Assembly (NCBI GenBank): GCA_002050275.1
Contig: MWTB01000027.1
Span: 17,225-81,224 of the forward strand
Reading direction: 5' to 3'
Length of the DNA stretch: 64,000 nt
Origin: Anaerolineae bacterium UTCFX1
Lineage (GTDB): Bacteria > Chloroflexota > Anaerolineae > Anaerolineales > Villigracilaceae
Below are positions 56,038 through 64,000 of this stretch, piece by piece. Position 1 is the first letter of the stretch. Each line of letters starts with the position of its first letter. The notes under the pieces were generated by a model. It did no database searches. It was not told where the DNA came from and saw nothing but the letters and a program-made list of their open reading frames with translations. The translations under genes were made by a program, and so were the position numbers.

Positions 56038-57114
56038 CTATTCCGTGATGCTGACGGCGATTTCGTTCACGCCGCCCAGCGCCGCGACGCTGACCTTTGA
56101 GGCGAGATTTTCAGCGATCTGGCGCAGGGCTTGCGCCGCCGCCGAGTGGGGATGCGAGACGATGATCGGTTTGCCCGTGTCGCCTCCAATGCGGACGTTT
56201 GGATCAATTGGCACGTTGCCGAGGAAGGATGTGCCGGTGACTTGTGCAAGATGTTCGCCGCCGCCGGTTCCGAAGAGGTCCATGTGCGCTCCATCGGGCA
56301 GCTCGAGATACGACATATTTTCAACGATTCCGAGAATCGGCACTTCAAGCGTCTTGAACATATTGAGTCCGCGCCCGGCGTCTTCGAGCGATACCAGTTG
56401 CGGAAGCGTGACGATCACCGCGCCGCTAAGCGGCAAGGCTTGCGCCAGCGAAAGCGACGCGTCGCCGGTGCCGGGCGGAAGGTCAATGATTAAGTAATCC
56501 AGTTCGCCCCATTCCACGTCGCCCAAAAATTGACGGATCGCTGAATTAAGCATCGGTCCGCGCCAAATAAGCGGCTGCCCCGGCTTGACGAGCAGTCCCA
56601 TCGAAATCATCTTCAAACCGTACGCGTCGGCGGGGATGAGACGCTGCCCCTGCGGGGGCGGAAGTTTTGTCACGCCGAGCATAGTGGGTGTGTTGGGACC
56701 GTAAATATCCGCGTCTAGCAATCCGACGCGGGCGCCGCTTTGCGCCAATGCTACCGCGACGTTGACTGACACGGTGGATTTGCCCACGCCGCCCTTGCCG
56801 GAACCGATCGCAATGGCGTTGCGAATTGGGGTTTTGACCAATCCGCGCATACGCCCATCGTTTGGCACGTCCGAATCCATCTTGATGTTGACGGATTTCA
56901 CGCCGTCAATTTTCATGACTGCGTCGCGCGAATCCTTTTCGATCTTGACGCGGAATGGGCAGGCGGGCGTGGTAAGCATGACGGTAAATGAAACCTCTCC
57001 GCCGTTGATTTCAACGTGCCTGACCATGTTGAGGGTTACGAGGTCTTGTTTTAGATCGGGTTCTTGCACAACGCTCAGCGCTTGCAGAACCGCTTCTTTT
57101 GTAATGGCTGTCAT
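56038..57114 (-). CDS. mrp: Mrp/NBP35/ApbC-family P-loop ATPase with N-terminal DUF59 domain; canonical CxxC absent
   Basis: DUF59-like N-terminus (TTPACPF) and deviant Walker A GSGKGGVGKST. Where the family has ENMS.F.CP.CG, this protein reads ENMSYLELPDGAHMDLFG. Confidence 0.9.
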   Translation of the reverse strand: MTAITKEAVLQALSVVQEPDLKQDLVTLNMVRHVEINGGEVSFTVMLTTPACPFRVKIEKDSRDAVMKIDGVKSVNIKMDSDVPNDGRMRGLVKTPIRNAIAIGSGKGGVGKSTVSVNVAVALAQSGARVGLLDADIYGPNTPTMLGVTKLPPPQGQRLIPADAYGLKMISMGLLVKPGQPLIWRGPMLNSAIRQFLGDVEWGELDYLIIDLPPGTGDASLSLAQALPLSGAVIVTLPQLVSLEDAGRGLNMFKTLEVPILGIVENMSYLELPDGAHMDLFGTGGGEHLAQVTGTSFLGNVPIDPNVRIGGDTGKPIIVSHPHSAAAQALRQIAENLASKVSVAALGGVNEIAVSITE

Positions 57115-57180
57115 TTGGTTTCCTTTGTGTGTATAACGGACAAGGAGGCGCGCAAAAGCCGCTTTGCCCGTCTGTATTTG

Positions 57181-57840
57181 CTACGCTGTCGGCGCCGCCG
57201 GCGGATTTGCCGGCTTGGCGGCTTGTGCGGCGGCGCGAGCCGCTTCCTTCGCTTTCTTCGCTTCGGCTTCCGTGATACGGGCGGCTTCTTCGCGTTCATA
57301 GTTTAATGGGCGGATGCTTTTGTAATACTCGCTCGATTTGAGCAGTTTTTCCATATCGTACACATTGCGCCCGTACGAAGAGACTTCAAAGTCGTGATCC
57401 ATTTTGATCGCGTCGAACGGGCAGTATTCTGCGCAATAGCCGCAATTCATGCACAGATCCATGTCAATGTAGAATTCGGTTGGCTCGGGGATCGGTCTGC
57501 CGGTGACCGGGTCGTTTGAGCGCACGATCCAGATGCATTGCGGCGGGCAGACTTTCGGGCAAATGCCGCATGAGGTGCAGAGAATCTCCCGCTTGCCGTC
57601 GGGCAGTTTGTTGTACACGAGGAACGGCAGGAAGCGCGATTCTTCCGGCTGAATTAATTTCTCTTCCGGATACTGAACCGTGAAGATGCCTTTCTGGTCT
57701 TTGCTGGAGCGATGTTGCACACCTTCTTCTGTGTAGTAGCGTTTCTTCCCACGCAAGACCCAGGCGATATCTTCGGTATAGGTATCCCAGAAGCGTTTCC
57801 ATGTGACGCCGAGACCTTTAAGTATTCCTTTACCATACAT
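57181..57840 (-). CDS. nuoI: NADH-quinone oxidoreductase subunit I (2x[4Fe-4S]) with an Ala/Lys-rich C-terminal tail
   Basis: CTSCGICPKVCP and CMNCGYCAEYCP ferredoxin motifs. The tail reads EEAARITEAEAKKAKEAARAAAQAAKPANPPAAPTA. Confidence 0.9.
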   Translation of the reverse strand: MYGKGILKGLGVTWKRFWDTYTEDIAWVLRGKKRYYTEEGVQHRSSKDQKGIFTVQYPEEKLIQPEESRFLPFLVYNKLPDGKREILCTSCGICPKVCPPQCIWIVRSNDPVTGRPIPEPTEFYIDMDLCMNCGYCAEYCPFDAIKMDHDFEVSSYGRNVYDMEKLLKSSEYYKSIRPLNYEREEAARITEAEAKKAKEAARAAAQAAKPANPPAAPTA

Positions 57841-57852
57841 AGTTGCTTCTCC

Positions 57853-59598
57853 TTAACGGTCGCATTCGCCCATGACCATATCGAACATGGCGAGCAAGAC
57901 GACGAAATCTGCGATCTTGGTTCCTACGGAAATTTTCTCCAACGCGGTGACGTTGACGAACGATGGAGCGCGCACGTGATATCGCCACGGGTTGGGCTTG
58001 CCGTTTGACAGCACATAGAAACCGAGTTCGCCCTTCGGCGATTCGATACGCCCATACGCTTCACCCGCTGGGACCCGGACCTGATAGGCTGGCTTCTGCG
58101 AGTTGATCGGTCCCTGTGGGATCTGGCGGATGGCTTGATCCAAAATGCGCAACGACTGGCGGATTTCGTCAATGCGGATCAAGTAGTTATCCATCAGATC
58201 GCCGTTGTAACGCACCGCTACGTCAAAATCGAAGCGATCATAAATGCCGTATGGGTCGGCGCGACGAATGTCGTAAGGCACCCCAGCCGCGCGTAAAACG
58301 GGACCGGTGATCGAGTAGGCGACCGCGTCTTCCGCGTTAATCATGCGGATGCCCCGCATGCGCGCCAGCAAGACCTCGTTCTCCGATAACATGCGATCGA
58401 GTTCGTCGGTTTTGGGCGGAATGCGTTCGTACACTAAATCCTTGATCTTCTGCATGACGTCGTCGGGAATGTCGCGCACGACGCCGCCGAAGCGATAATA
58501 GTTGCACATCATGCGCGAGCCTGAGATGGCTTCGAACACGTCGAGGACGAGTTCGCGCTCTTCATAGGCGTAGAGCGAGGGCGTATACATCGCGCCGAGG
58601 TCGTTGAGCAATGTTCCGATGAAGACGAGGTGATTCTGAATACGGCTCAGTTCGGAAACGATCACGCGGATATAGTCGGCGCGTTCGGCGACCGGAATCT
58701 TCATCAACTTTTCGACGGCGAGCGCGTAGCCAAAATTATTCGTCATCGAATTAAAGTAATCGAGCCGGTCGGTGTACGGCATGTTTTGCAAGAAAGTATT
58801 CCGCTCGCCGATCTTTTCGTGGTTGCGATGCAAATAGCCCAGCACGGGTTTCAGCCCTTTGATCGTCTCGCCTTCGAGCGTCATCACCGCGCGGAAGACG
58901 CCATGCGTAGAAGGATGATGCGGACCCATATTTATGACGATACGGTCGGAACTGATGCCGTCTTCGTTCTCAACCGTGTAACGCGCCAGCGCGCCGTAGA
59001 GCAGCGCCTCGCCTTCGGGAATCCATTTTTCGGGGTCGAAATTTTTGGGAAATGTCAGATTGTCGCCAAAGGGATTCAGGTCTTCCGCCATGGCGAACTT
59101 CCCTTGGGGCCAGCGGCTTTTGAACGGTTTGACGTCTTCCTCGTAAAAGCCCTCCTTCCAATCTTTGCGGAGCGGATGCCCTTCAAAGCCTTCCCACATT
59201 AGAATGCGACGCAAGTCGGGATGACCGCTGAATTTAATGCCTAGCAGATCCCATACTTCGCGTTCTTGTAAATCTACGCCGGGCCAGAGGTGGATCAACG
59301 AAGGGACTTCTACCGGGTCTATACGCGGAATTTGAACTTTGAACGCGAGTCCCGGTCCGCCGCTAGTGCGGTACGCGTGATAGACGACTTCCATTTTATC
59401 GGGCGCATAATCCACGCCAGTGACGGAAGACAGCAGATCAAAACCGAATTCATCGCGGATCGCGGCAGCCACCTCGAGCAGCGAATCTTTTTCGACGATG
59501 AAGCCGGTGTAGTCGGGACGCGCGTCAAGTTGGACGACGTCGGGGAAGCGGGCGGCAAGGTCAACGGTTGCGGTGGAAGCGGGGGCGGGCATTGTCAT
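57853..59598 (-). CDS. nuoCD: Fused NADH-quinone oxidoreductase subunit C/D
   Basis: The NuoC-like N-terminal third is followed by NuoD signatures: [25 protein letters not shown], and the C-terminal [10 protein letters not shown]. No hydrogenase-type CxxC pairs. Start set at ATG 59598, one nt after the nuoB stop. Confidence 0.92.
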   Translation of the reverse strand: MTMPAPASTATVDLAARFPDVVQLDARPDYTGFIVEKDSLLEVAAAIRDEFGFDLLSSVTGVDYAPDKMEVVYHAYRTSGGPGLAFKVQIPRIDPVEVPSLIHLWPGVDLQEREVWDLLGIKFSGHPDLRRILMWEGFEGHPLRKDWKEGFYEEDVKPFKSRWPQGKFAMAEDLNPFGDNLTFPKNFDPEKWIPEGEALLYGALARYTVENEDGISSDRIVINMGPHHPSTHGVFRAVMTLEGETIKGLKPVLGYLHRNHEKIGERNTFLQNMPYTDRLDYFNSMTNNFGYALAVEKLMKIPVAERADYIRVIVSELSRIQNHLVFIGTLLNDLGAMYTPSLYAYEERELVLDVFEAISGSRMMCNYYRFGGVVRDIPDDVMQKIKDLVYERIPPKTDELDRMLSENEVLLARMRGIRMINAEDAVAYSITGPVLRAAGVPYDIRRADPYGIYDRFDFDVAVRYNGDLMDNYLIRIDEIRQSLRILDQAIRQIPQGPINSQKPAYQVRVPAGEAYGRIESPKGELGFYVLSNGKPNPWRYHVRAPSFVNVTALEKISVGTKIADFVVLLAMFDMVMGECDR

Positions 59599-59599
59599 C

Positions 59600-60226
59600 T
59601 TATTCCTTCTGTGCGGCGGCAGCTTTAATGTCTGCCGTTCGACGTGGGTCAATCAAGTCGGGTCCGAGGATCGGAACTGGAACATAGTTTGGATCTTTGA
59701 CTTTGCGTTTGTACCACGAGGCTTCTTTGATGGTTTGTTTATCTATTTTTTCTTGCAGTTTGATCAACCCAGCGATAAGGGCTTGCGGGGTCGGGGGGCA
59801 ACCGGGGATGTATACGTCGACCGGTAGGAATTTATCAATGCCTGCGACGACGTTGTAGCCTTCTTTGAACGGGCCGCCGCCGGAAGCGCATGCGCCCATT
59901 GCCACCACATACTTGGGTTCGGGCATTTGGTTGTAAAGACGGATGATGGGAGGCAACATTTTCTTGGTGACGGTTCCCGAAACGATCAAGAGGTCGGCTT
60001 GGCGCGGCGTGGGGCGCATGACTTCCATGCCGAAGCGCGCCATGTCGTAGCGGGCAGTTTGCGCGGCGATCATTTCGATCGCGCAACAGGCGAGACCGAA
60101 CATGAGGGGCCAGACCGACGAACGCCGTCCCCAGTTGTAGAGGCGGTCGAGCGTGGTCACGGCGACGGCGTGCCGCAGGTCTTCTGGAATTTCATATTGA
60201 GGCAGGTTGAAAGTTTCACTGTCCAT
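59600..60226 (-). CDS. nuoB: NADH-quinone oxidoreductase subunit B (N2 cluster subunit)
   Basis: [19 protein letters not shown] and IPGCPP cluster-ligand motifs. Start set at ATG 60226 with GGAG SD. It has a C-terminal extension of about 60 aa. Confidence 0.92.
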   Translation of the reverse strand: MDSETFNLPQYEIPEDLRHAVAVTTLDRLYNWGRRSSVWPLMFGLACCAIEMIAAQTARYDMARFGMEVMRPTPRQADLLIVSGTVTKKMLPPIIRLYNQMPEPKYVVAMGACASGGGPFKEGYNVVAGIDKFLPVDVYIPGCPPTPQALIAGLIKLQEKIDKQTIKEASWYKRKVKDPNYVPVPILGPDLIDPRRTADIKAAAAQKE

Positions 60227-60437
60227 AAAAATTCTCCTCGAACCAATCTTGATATATGGCGTACAGAATTTCGTCGTTGGCGAGCGCAGGGTCGTCGTCA
60301 AACTCCGGCAAGGCAAGCGTCCAATCGTAGATCTGTTTCAGCGTGACGTCTTCGATGTTTACGCGGGGATATGCGCGCTTCAGAGCGATAGCGATGGCGA
60401 AGGACGCTTCCCAGTTGAGGGCGCTGTCGTTTATCAT
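60216..60437 (-). CDS. iscX: IscX (YfhJ)-like Fe-S assembly protein
   Basis: 73 aa. [62 protein letters not shown] aligns by eye with E. coli IscX (W, AL..AYP, W, FDDDP, NE.IL.AI, W.E). It overlaps the nuoB start by 11 nt. Confidence 0.75.
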   Translation of the reverse strand: MINDSALNWEASFAIAIALKRAYPRVNIEDVTLKQIYDWTLALPEFDDDPALANDEILYAIYQDWFEENFYGQ

Positions 60438-60485
60438 GATGAGATCTAAATCTAGTTTCGTTCACCGCTCCTTATTTTCCGGCGT

Positions 60486-61955
60486 TTATTCTTCTCGATT
60501 ATCAATCTGCGCGCGCTGCAACTTGCCCGAATAATCCACATAGATAGATTTCCATTCGGTGAACACTTCGAGCGCGGCTTGCCCGGCTTCGCGATGACCG
60601 TTGCCGGTTCCGCGCACGCCGCCGAAAGGGAATTGGATCTCGGCGCCGGTCGTGCCGTGATTGATGTACACTAAACCAGTGAAGATATCGCGCATGGCGG
60701 TGAACGCCTGATTAACGTCTTGCGTAAAGATCGAAGTGGAAAGCCCGTACTTGGAGCGGTTGTTCACTTCGATGGCTTCCTTGAGCGAGCCAACTTCGAT
60801 GATCGAAAGCACGGGACCGAAAATCTCTTCGGCTTCGAGCATAGAGCCGGGTTGGACGTTGTCGAACAGCGTCGGCGCGTAAAAGAAACCTTTGCCGTCT
60901 ACATTCGCAATAGAAGCGCCCGTCAAGACGCGCGCTTCCTTCGCGCCGGCTTGTACCATGCTGTCAATGCGCGCGAGCGCGGCTTTATTGATGACAGGTC
61001 CGACGTCCACTGCAGGATCGAGTCCGTCGCCCAGCGTAAGTTTTTTAGCGCGCTCGGTCAGCGCTTCTTTGAGCTTGCTCGCGATTCCTTTTTGAACGAT
61101 CAGACGGCTGGCGGCGGTACAGCGTTGACCGGTAGTGCCGAACGCCGCCCACAGGCTGGCATCTACGACGAGTTCGAGGTTGGCGTCGTCCATTACGATG
61201 ATGGCATTCTTGCCGCCCATCTCAAGCGATAACTTCTTGTTGAATTTGCCCGCCGCTTCCGCGATGGACCGCCCCGTTGTTGTGGAGCCGGTGAACGATA
61301 GCACGCGTACATCGGGATGGCTGACGAGAGCCTTCGCCACGTCTGCGCCGGGCGCGAGCAATAGGTTGAACACACCGGCTGGAACGCCTGCTTCCTCAAA
61401 GATTTTTACGAACGCGGCAGAAATGGCGGGAATCTCCGGCGAGGGCTTCCAGATGACTGTGTTGCCCGCGACGAGCGCAGGAAAGATCTTCCATGATGGC
61501 ACTGCGATAGGGAAATTCCATGGTGTAATAAGCCCGACGACGCCCGACGGATCGCGCACTGCCATGCCGAATTTGTTCATCATTTCTACGGGCGCGGTAT
61601 AGCCGAGCAGACGGCGTCCTTCGCCGCCCATGTAAAACGCCATATCAATGGCTTCTTGCACGTCGCCGCGCGCTTCTGCGATCACTTTGCCCATTTCGCG
61701 CGTGAGCAGTTGTGAAAGCTCTTCTTTCTTTTGTTTAAGAAGATCGCCGATGCGGAAGAGTATCTCTCCGCGCAATGGGGCGGGGGTGAGACGCCACGCG
61801 TCAAAAGCGTCCTTTGCCGCATGGACCGCCGCGTCTACATCGGAGATTTCCGCTTGCGCGATATCTGCGATAAGTTCTTCATTGGCTGGGTTGATAGTTT
61901 GAAACGCGCTTTTGCCTGCGACCCATTTGCCGTTAATGTAATTCTTGAATTCCAT
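60486..61955 (-). CDS. NAD(P)-dependent aldehyde dehydrogenase
   Basis: ALDH motifs: FTGSTTTG, LEMGGKNA, the GQRCTA catalytic Cys, and EEIFGPV. Confidence 0.9.
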   Translation of the reverse strand: MEFKNYINGKWVAGKSAFQTINPANEELIADIAQAEISDVDAAVHAAKDAFDAWRLTPAPLRGEILFRIGDLLKQKKEELSQLLTREMGKVIAEARGDVQEAIDMAFYMGGEGRRLLGYTAPVEMMNKFGMAVRDPSGVVGLITPWNFPIAVPSWKIFPALVAGNTVIWKPSPEIPAISAAFVKIFEEAGVPAGVFNLLLAPGADVAKALVSHPDVRVLSFTGSTTTGRSIAEAAGKFNKKLSLEMGGKNAIIVMDDANLELVVDASLWAAFGTTGQRCTAASRLIVQKGIASKLKEALTERAKKLTLGDGLDPAVDVGPVINKAALARIDSMVQAGAKEARVLTGASIANVDGKGFFYAPTLFDNVQPGSMLEAEEIFGPVLSIIEVGSLKEAIEVNNRSKYGLSTSIFTQDVNQAFTAMRDIFTGLVYINHGTTGAEIQFPFGGVRGTGNGHREAGQAALEVFTEWKSIYVDYSGKLQRAQIDNREE

Positions 61956-62049
61956 CGAACACCTCCGGGATTGAAAGCGTTACCGCTTGAACTGCTCGCA
62001 GATTATAGCGCTTGAATTGAAATTCGCTGATTATTTCGTAAATATATAT

Positions 62050-62076
62050 TTGCATAAATTAGAAAGTGAGTATAAT
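62050..62076 (+). promoter_or_regulatory. Promoter-like TTGCAT-15-TATAAT placed for a leaderless transcript
   Basis: TATAAT at 62071-62076 ends 6 nt before ATG 62083. There is no SD in between. Confidence 0.45.
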
Positions 62077-62082
62077 CACTTT

Positions 62083-62664
62083 ATGACTGTGACAACCGCT
62101 CGGCGTAAAATACTGGCTTATGTGACCGCGCATCGAACAGCATCGGCGCGGGCTATCTCGCGCGGACTGGAAATGTCGTCGGCGACGGTGCGGCATCATT
62201 TGCGCGTTCTGCTTGCGGACGGGAGAGTCGCTTTAACTGCGTCGCGCGAACGCGGCGCGACGCGCGGCAGGCCCGAGAAGGTTTATTCAATTCCGCGCGC
62301 GACATTAGGCAATAATTTACCCGCGTTGAGCGAAGCGCTTTTTGCGGAATCCGGCGGAAAGATCCGTGTGGAAGCGTTGGCGAAGCGCTTGGCAGGCGAA
62401 GCCAACTTCAGGAATCAGCCAGCGGCGAGACGGCTGAATCTCATCGTCGAAAAAATGAACCAAATGAAATATCATGCGCGTTGGGAGGCGGGCGCAGGCG
62501 GACCGCGCATCATCTTTGGGCATTGCCCGTATGCGGCGATCATCGCGAAACGACCCGAATTATGCCGGATGGACGCGGCGTTATTACGCGAATTATTTGG
62601 CGAGGAATTTCAGCAGATCGCAAAAATAGAAAATCTACAAGGCGTATGCGTCTTTGTGAAGTAA
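62083..62664 (+). CDS. ArsR/COG2345 (SufR-like) wHTH regulator with a C-terminal three-Cys domain
   Basis: The N-terminal ARRKILAYV....SARAISRGLEMSSATVRHHLRVLLADGRV is a wHTH. The C-terminus reads GHCPYAAIIAKRPELCRMDAALLRELFG...GVCVF. Start set at ATG 62083. Confidence 0.75.
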   Translation: MTVTTARRKILAYVTAHRTASARAISRGLEMSSATVRHHLRVLLADGRVALTASRERGATRGRPEKVYSIPRATLGNNLPALSEALFAESGGKIRVEALAKRLAGEANFRNQPAARRLNLIVEKMNQMKYHARWEAGAGGPRIIFGHCPYAAIIAKRPELCRMDAALLRELFGEEFQQIAKIENLQGVCVFVK

Positions 62665-62745
62665 ACTTTCCCTGAACGAACATCAACTCTCTCGCGCAAG
62701 CCGCGTCAGTTGCTTGTGTGCGGGTTTTATAAACGAGGATGCGTT

Positions 62746-64000
62746 ATGTCTATTGTGAAGCACGCCCCAACGTTGACGCTGGAAGAAGCCGCGAACTTAG
62801 CCGAACGCCTGTATGGTGTGCGAGGAACTTTGCGACCGTTGCCTAGCGAGCGCGATCAGAATTTTTTGTTGGACGCGGGCGAGGCGAAGTATGTGCTAAA
62901 GATCGCCAACGCAATGGAAGAGCGCGCTTTGCTTGTTGCGCAAAATGAGGCAATGACTCGCGCCGCTGGCTTGGGGTTGTTGCCGCAAGCCATCCGATCG
63001 ACGCGCGGAGAGGAAATTGAAGAGGCGCACTCTAACGGCGAAAAGCATTTCATCCGTTTGATCGCGTATCTTAACGGAACGCCGATGGGGGGTGTGAAAC
63101 GGCATTCATCCGAACTGTTGTACGATTTGGGCGATAAGTTAGGTCGGTTGGACGGAATCCTGCAACGTTTCGATACGCCTGCTCTTCATCGTCGTTTTCA
63201 TTGGGATTTGGCGCACGGATTGGAAGTTATCCGTGCGAATTGTAATCTGTTGCGCGATGCAACGTTGCGCCGTATGGTTTCACAACTGACCGCGAATTTT
63301 GAAAAACATACCTCGCCGCTGTTATCGCACTTACGGACGAGCGTTGTGTATAACGATGCCAACGACAACAATATTTTGGTCGGCGGCGGAGCGGATATTT
63401 ATTCCAGCGATCAAACGGTGACGGGCTTCATTGACTTGGGCGACATGACGCATAGTTATACCGTAAGCGATCTGGCGGTTGCGATCGCGTATGCGATTCT
63501 GAATAAGCCGAATCCGCTGGAGACGGCGGCGAATATAACGAAGGGGTATCACGCGTCTTTTCCGTTGCGCGAAGATGAGATAGCGGCGTTGTGGGGGTTG
63601 GCAACATTGCGGCTGTGTATGAGCGTGTGCATTGCCGCCGAACAACGACGCTCTCAGCCCGCTAACGCGTATCTGAACGTCAGCCAGAAAGCGATACGCG
63701 CGACGTTGCCGAAACTGCTGGCGATTCATCCGCGTTTTGCGGAGGCGGCGCTTCGCGAAGCATGCGGGCTTCCTCCTTCGGCAACGTCGTCGCAGGTCGT
63801 GAAATGGCTGAAAGGGAACGTGGCATCATTCGCGTCAATTCTATCGGTTGATTTGCGGCGCGAAAAAGCAGCGGTTTTTGATCTGAGCGTTGGCAGTCCT
63901 ATTTGGCGCGGCGATCCACGCGACAATGTAGAACCGCAATTGACGAGACGTTTGAACGTATTGTTAGAAGAGTCGGGCGCGCAGGTTGGCATCGGTCAAT
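62746..64000 (+). CDS. APH/hydroxylysine-kinase-like phosphotransferase; the 3' end lies outside the window (absent from the ORF track)
   Basis: I translated the frame by hand from ATG 62746 (GAGGA SD) to the window edge and found no stop. The protein begins MSIVKHAPTLTLEEAANLAERLYG...RDQNFLL. The catalytic loop is VYNDANDNNILV and the metal loop is GFIDLGD, as in the aminoglycoside/choline kinase fold. Confidence 0.8.
   Translation, partial: MSIVKHAPTLTLEEAANLAERLYGVRGTLRPLPSERDQNFLLDAGEAKYVLKIANAMEERALLVAQNEAMTRAAGLGLLPQAIRSTRGEEIEEAHSNGEKHFIRLIAYLNGTPMGGVKRHSSELLYDLGDKLGRLDGILQRFDTPALHRRFHWDLAHGLEVIRANCNLLRDATLRRMVSQLTANFEKHTSPLLSHLRTSVVYNDANDNNILVGGGADIYSSDQTVTGFIDLGDMTHSYTVSDLAVAIAYAILNKPNPLETAANITKGYHASFPLREDEIAALWGLATLRLCMSVCIAAEQRRSQPANAYLNVSQKAIRATLPKLLAIHPRFAEAALREACGLPPSATSSQVVKWLKGNVASFASILSVDLRREKAAVFDLSVGSPIWRGDPRDNVEPQLTRRLNVLLEESGAQVGIGQ

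Noticed and set aside
57853-59598. NuoCD as the large subunit of a group-4 [NiFe] hydrogenase, which would explain a membrane-arm-less BCDI set
   Set aside because: The N-terminal RxCGxC and C-terminal DPCxxC nickel-ligand motifs are absent. The C-terminus is the NuoD-type ...MGECDR with a single Cys.

Overview
This is a gene-dense 64-kb chromosomal window with about 70 CDS. I saw no rRNA, tRNA, CRISPR array, transposase or integrase. Protein flavour and gene content suggest a Chloroflexota (Anaerolineae-like) genome, but that is inference only. All family calls come from motif recognition by eye, since no database search or RNA folding was possible.

Main blocks:
1. 2.4-7.7 kb, minus strand: a multihaem cluster with a decahaem lipoprotein, a heptahaem protein, a Tat-exported 4x[4Fe-4S] NrfC-like protein and an NrfD-like membrane subunit. 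No catalytic partner is present.
2. 7.9-10.9 kb: an Rrf2 regulator, two UbiA/MenA-like prenyltransferases and a DUF411/CopG copper protein.
3. 11.1-16.9 kb, divergent: the copper operon csoR-copZ-copB-(56-aa YHS ORF absent from the ORF track)-copA. It has a near-consensus promoter, a C/G-tract CsoR-type operator and a strong terminator.
4. A DUF433/DUF5615 toxin-antitoxin pair behind a peptide ABC importer that has no ATPase genes.
5. The mtnA-pfkB-ahcY SAM-recycling cluster.
6. A translationally coupled CoA-transferase operon with an embedded alpha/beta hydrolase and a CPBP protease.
7. An ECF transporter with a fused double ATPase and an oversized S component.
8. A mazG-like/LOG/proS operon preceded by a promoter, leader and intrinsic terminator, which is a riboswitch or attenuator candidate.
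9. ALDH-iscX-nuoB-nuoCD-nuoI-mrp: the Fe-S/Q-module subunits of complex I flanked by Fe-S biogenesis factors, with no membrane Nuo subunit. The Mrp protein lacks its CxxC motif.

The best candidates for something undescribed are blocks 1, 9 and the leader in block 8.
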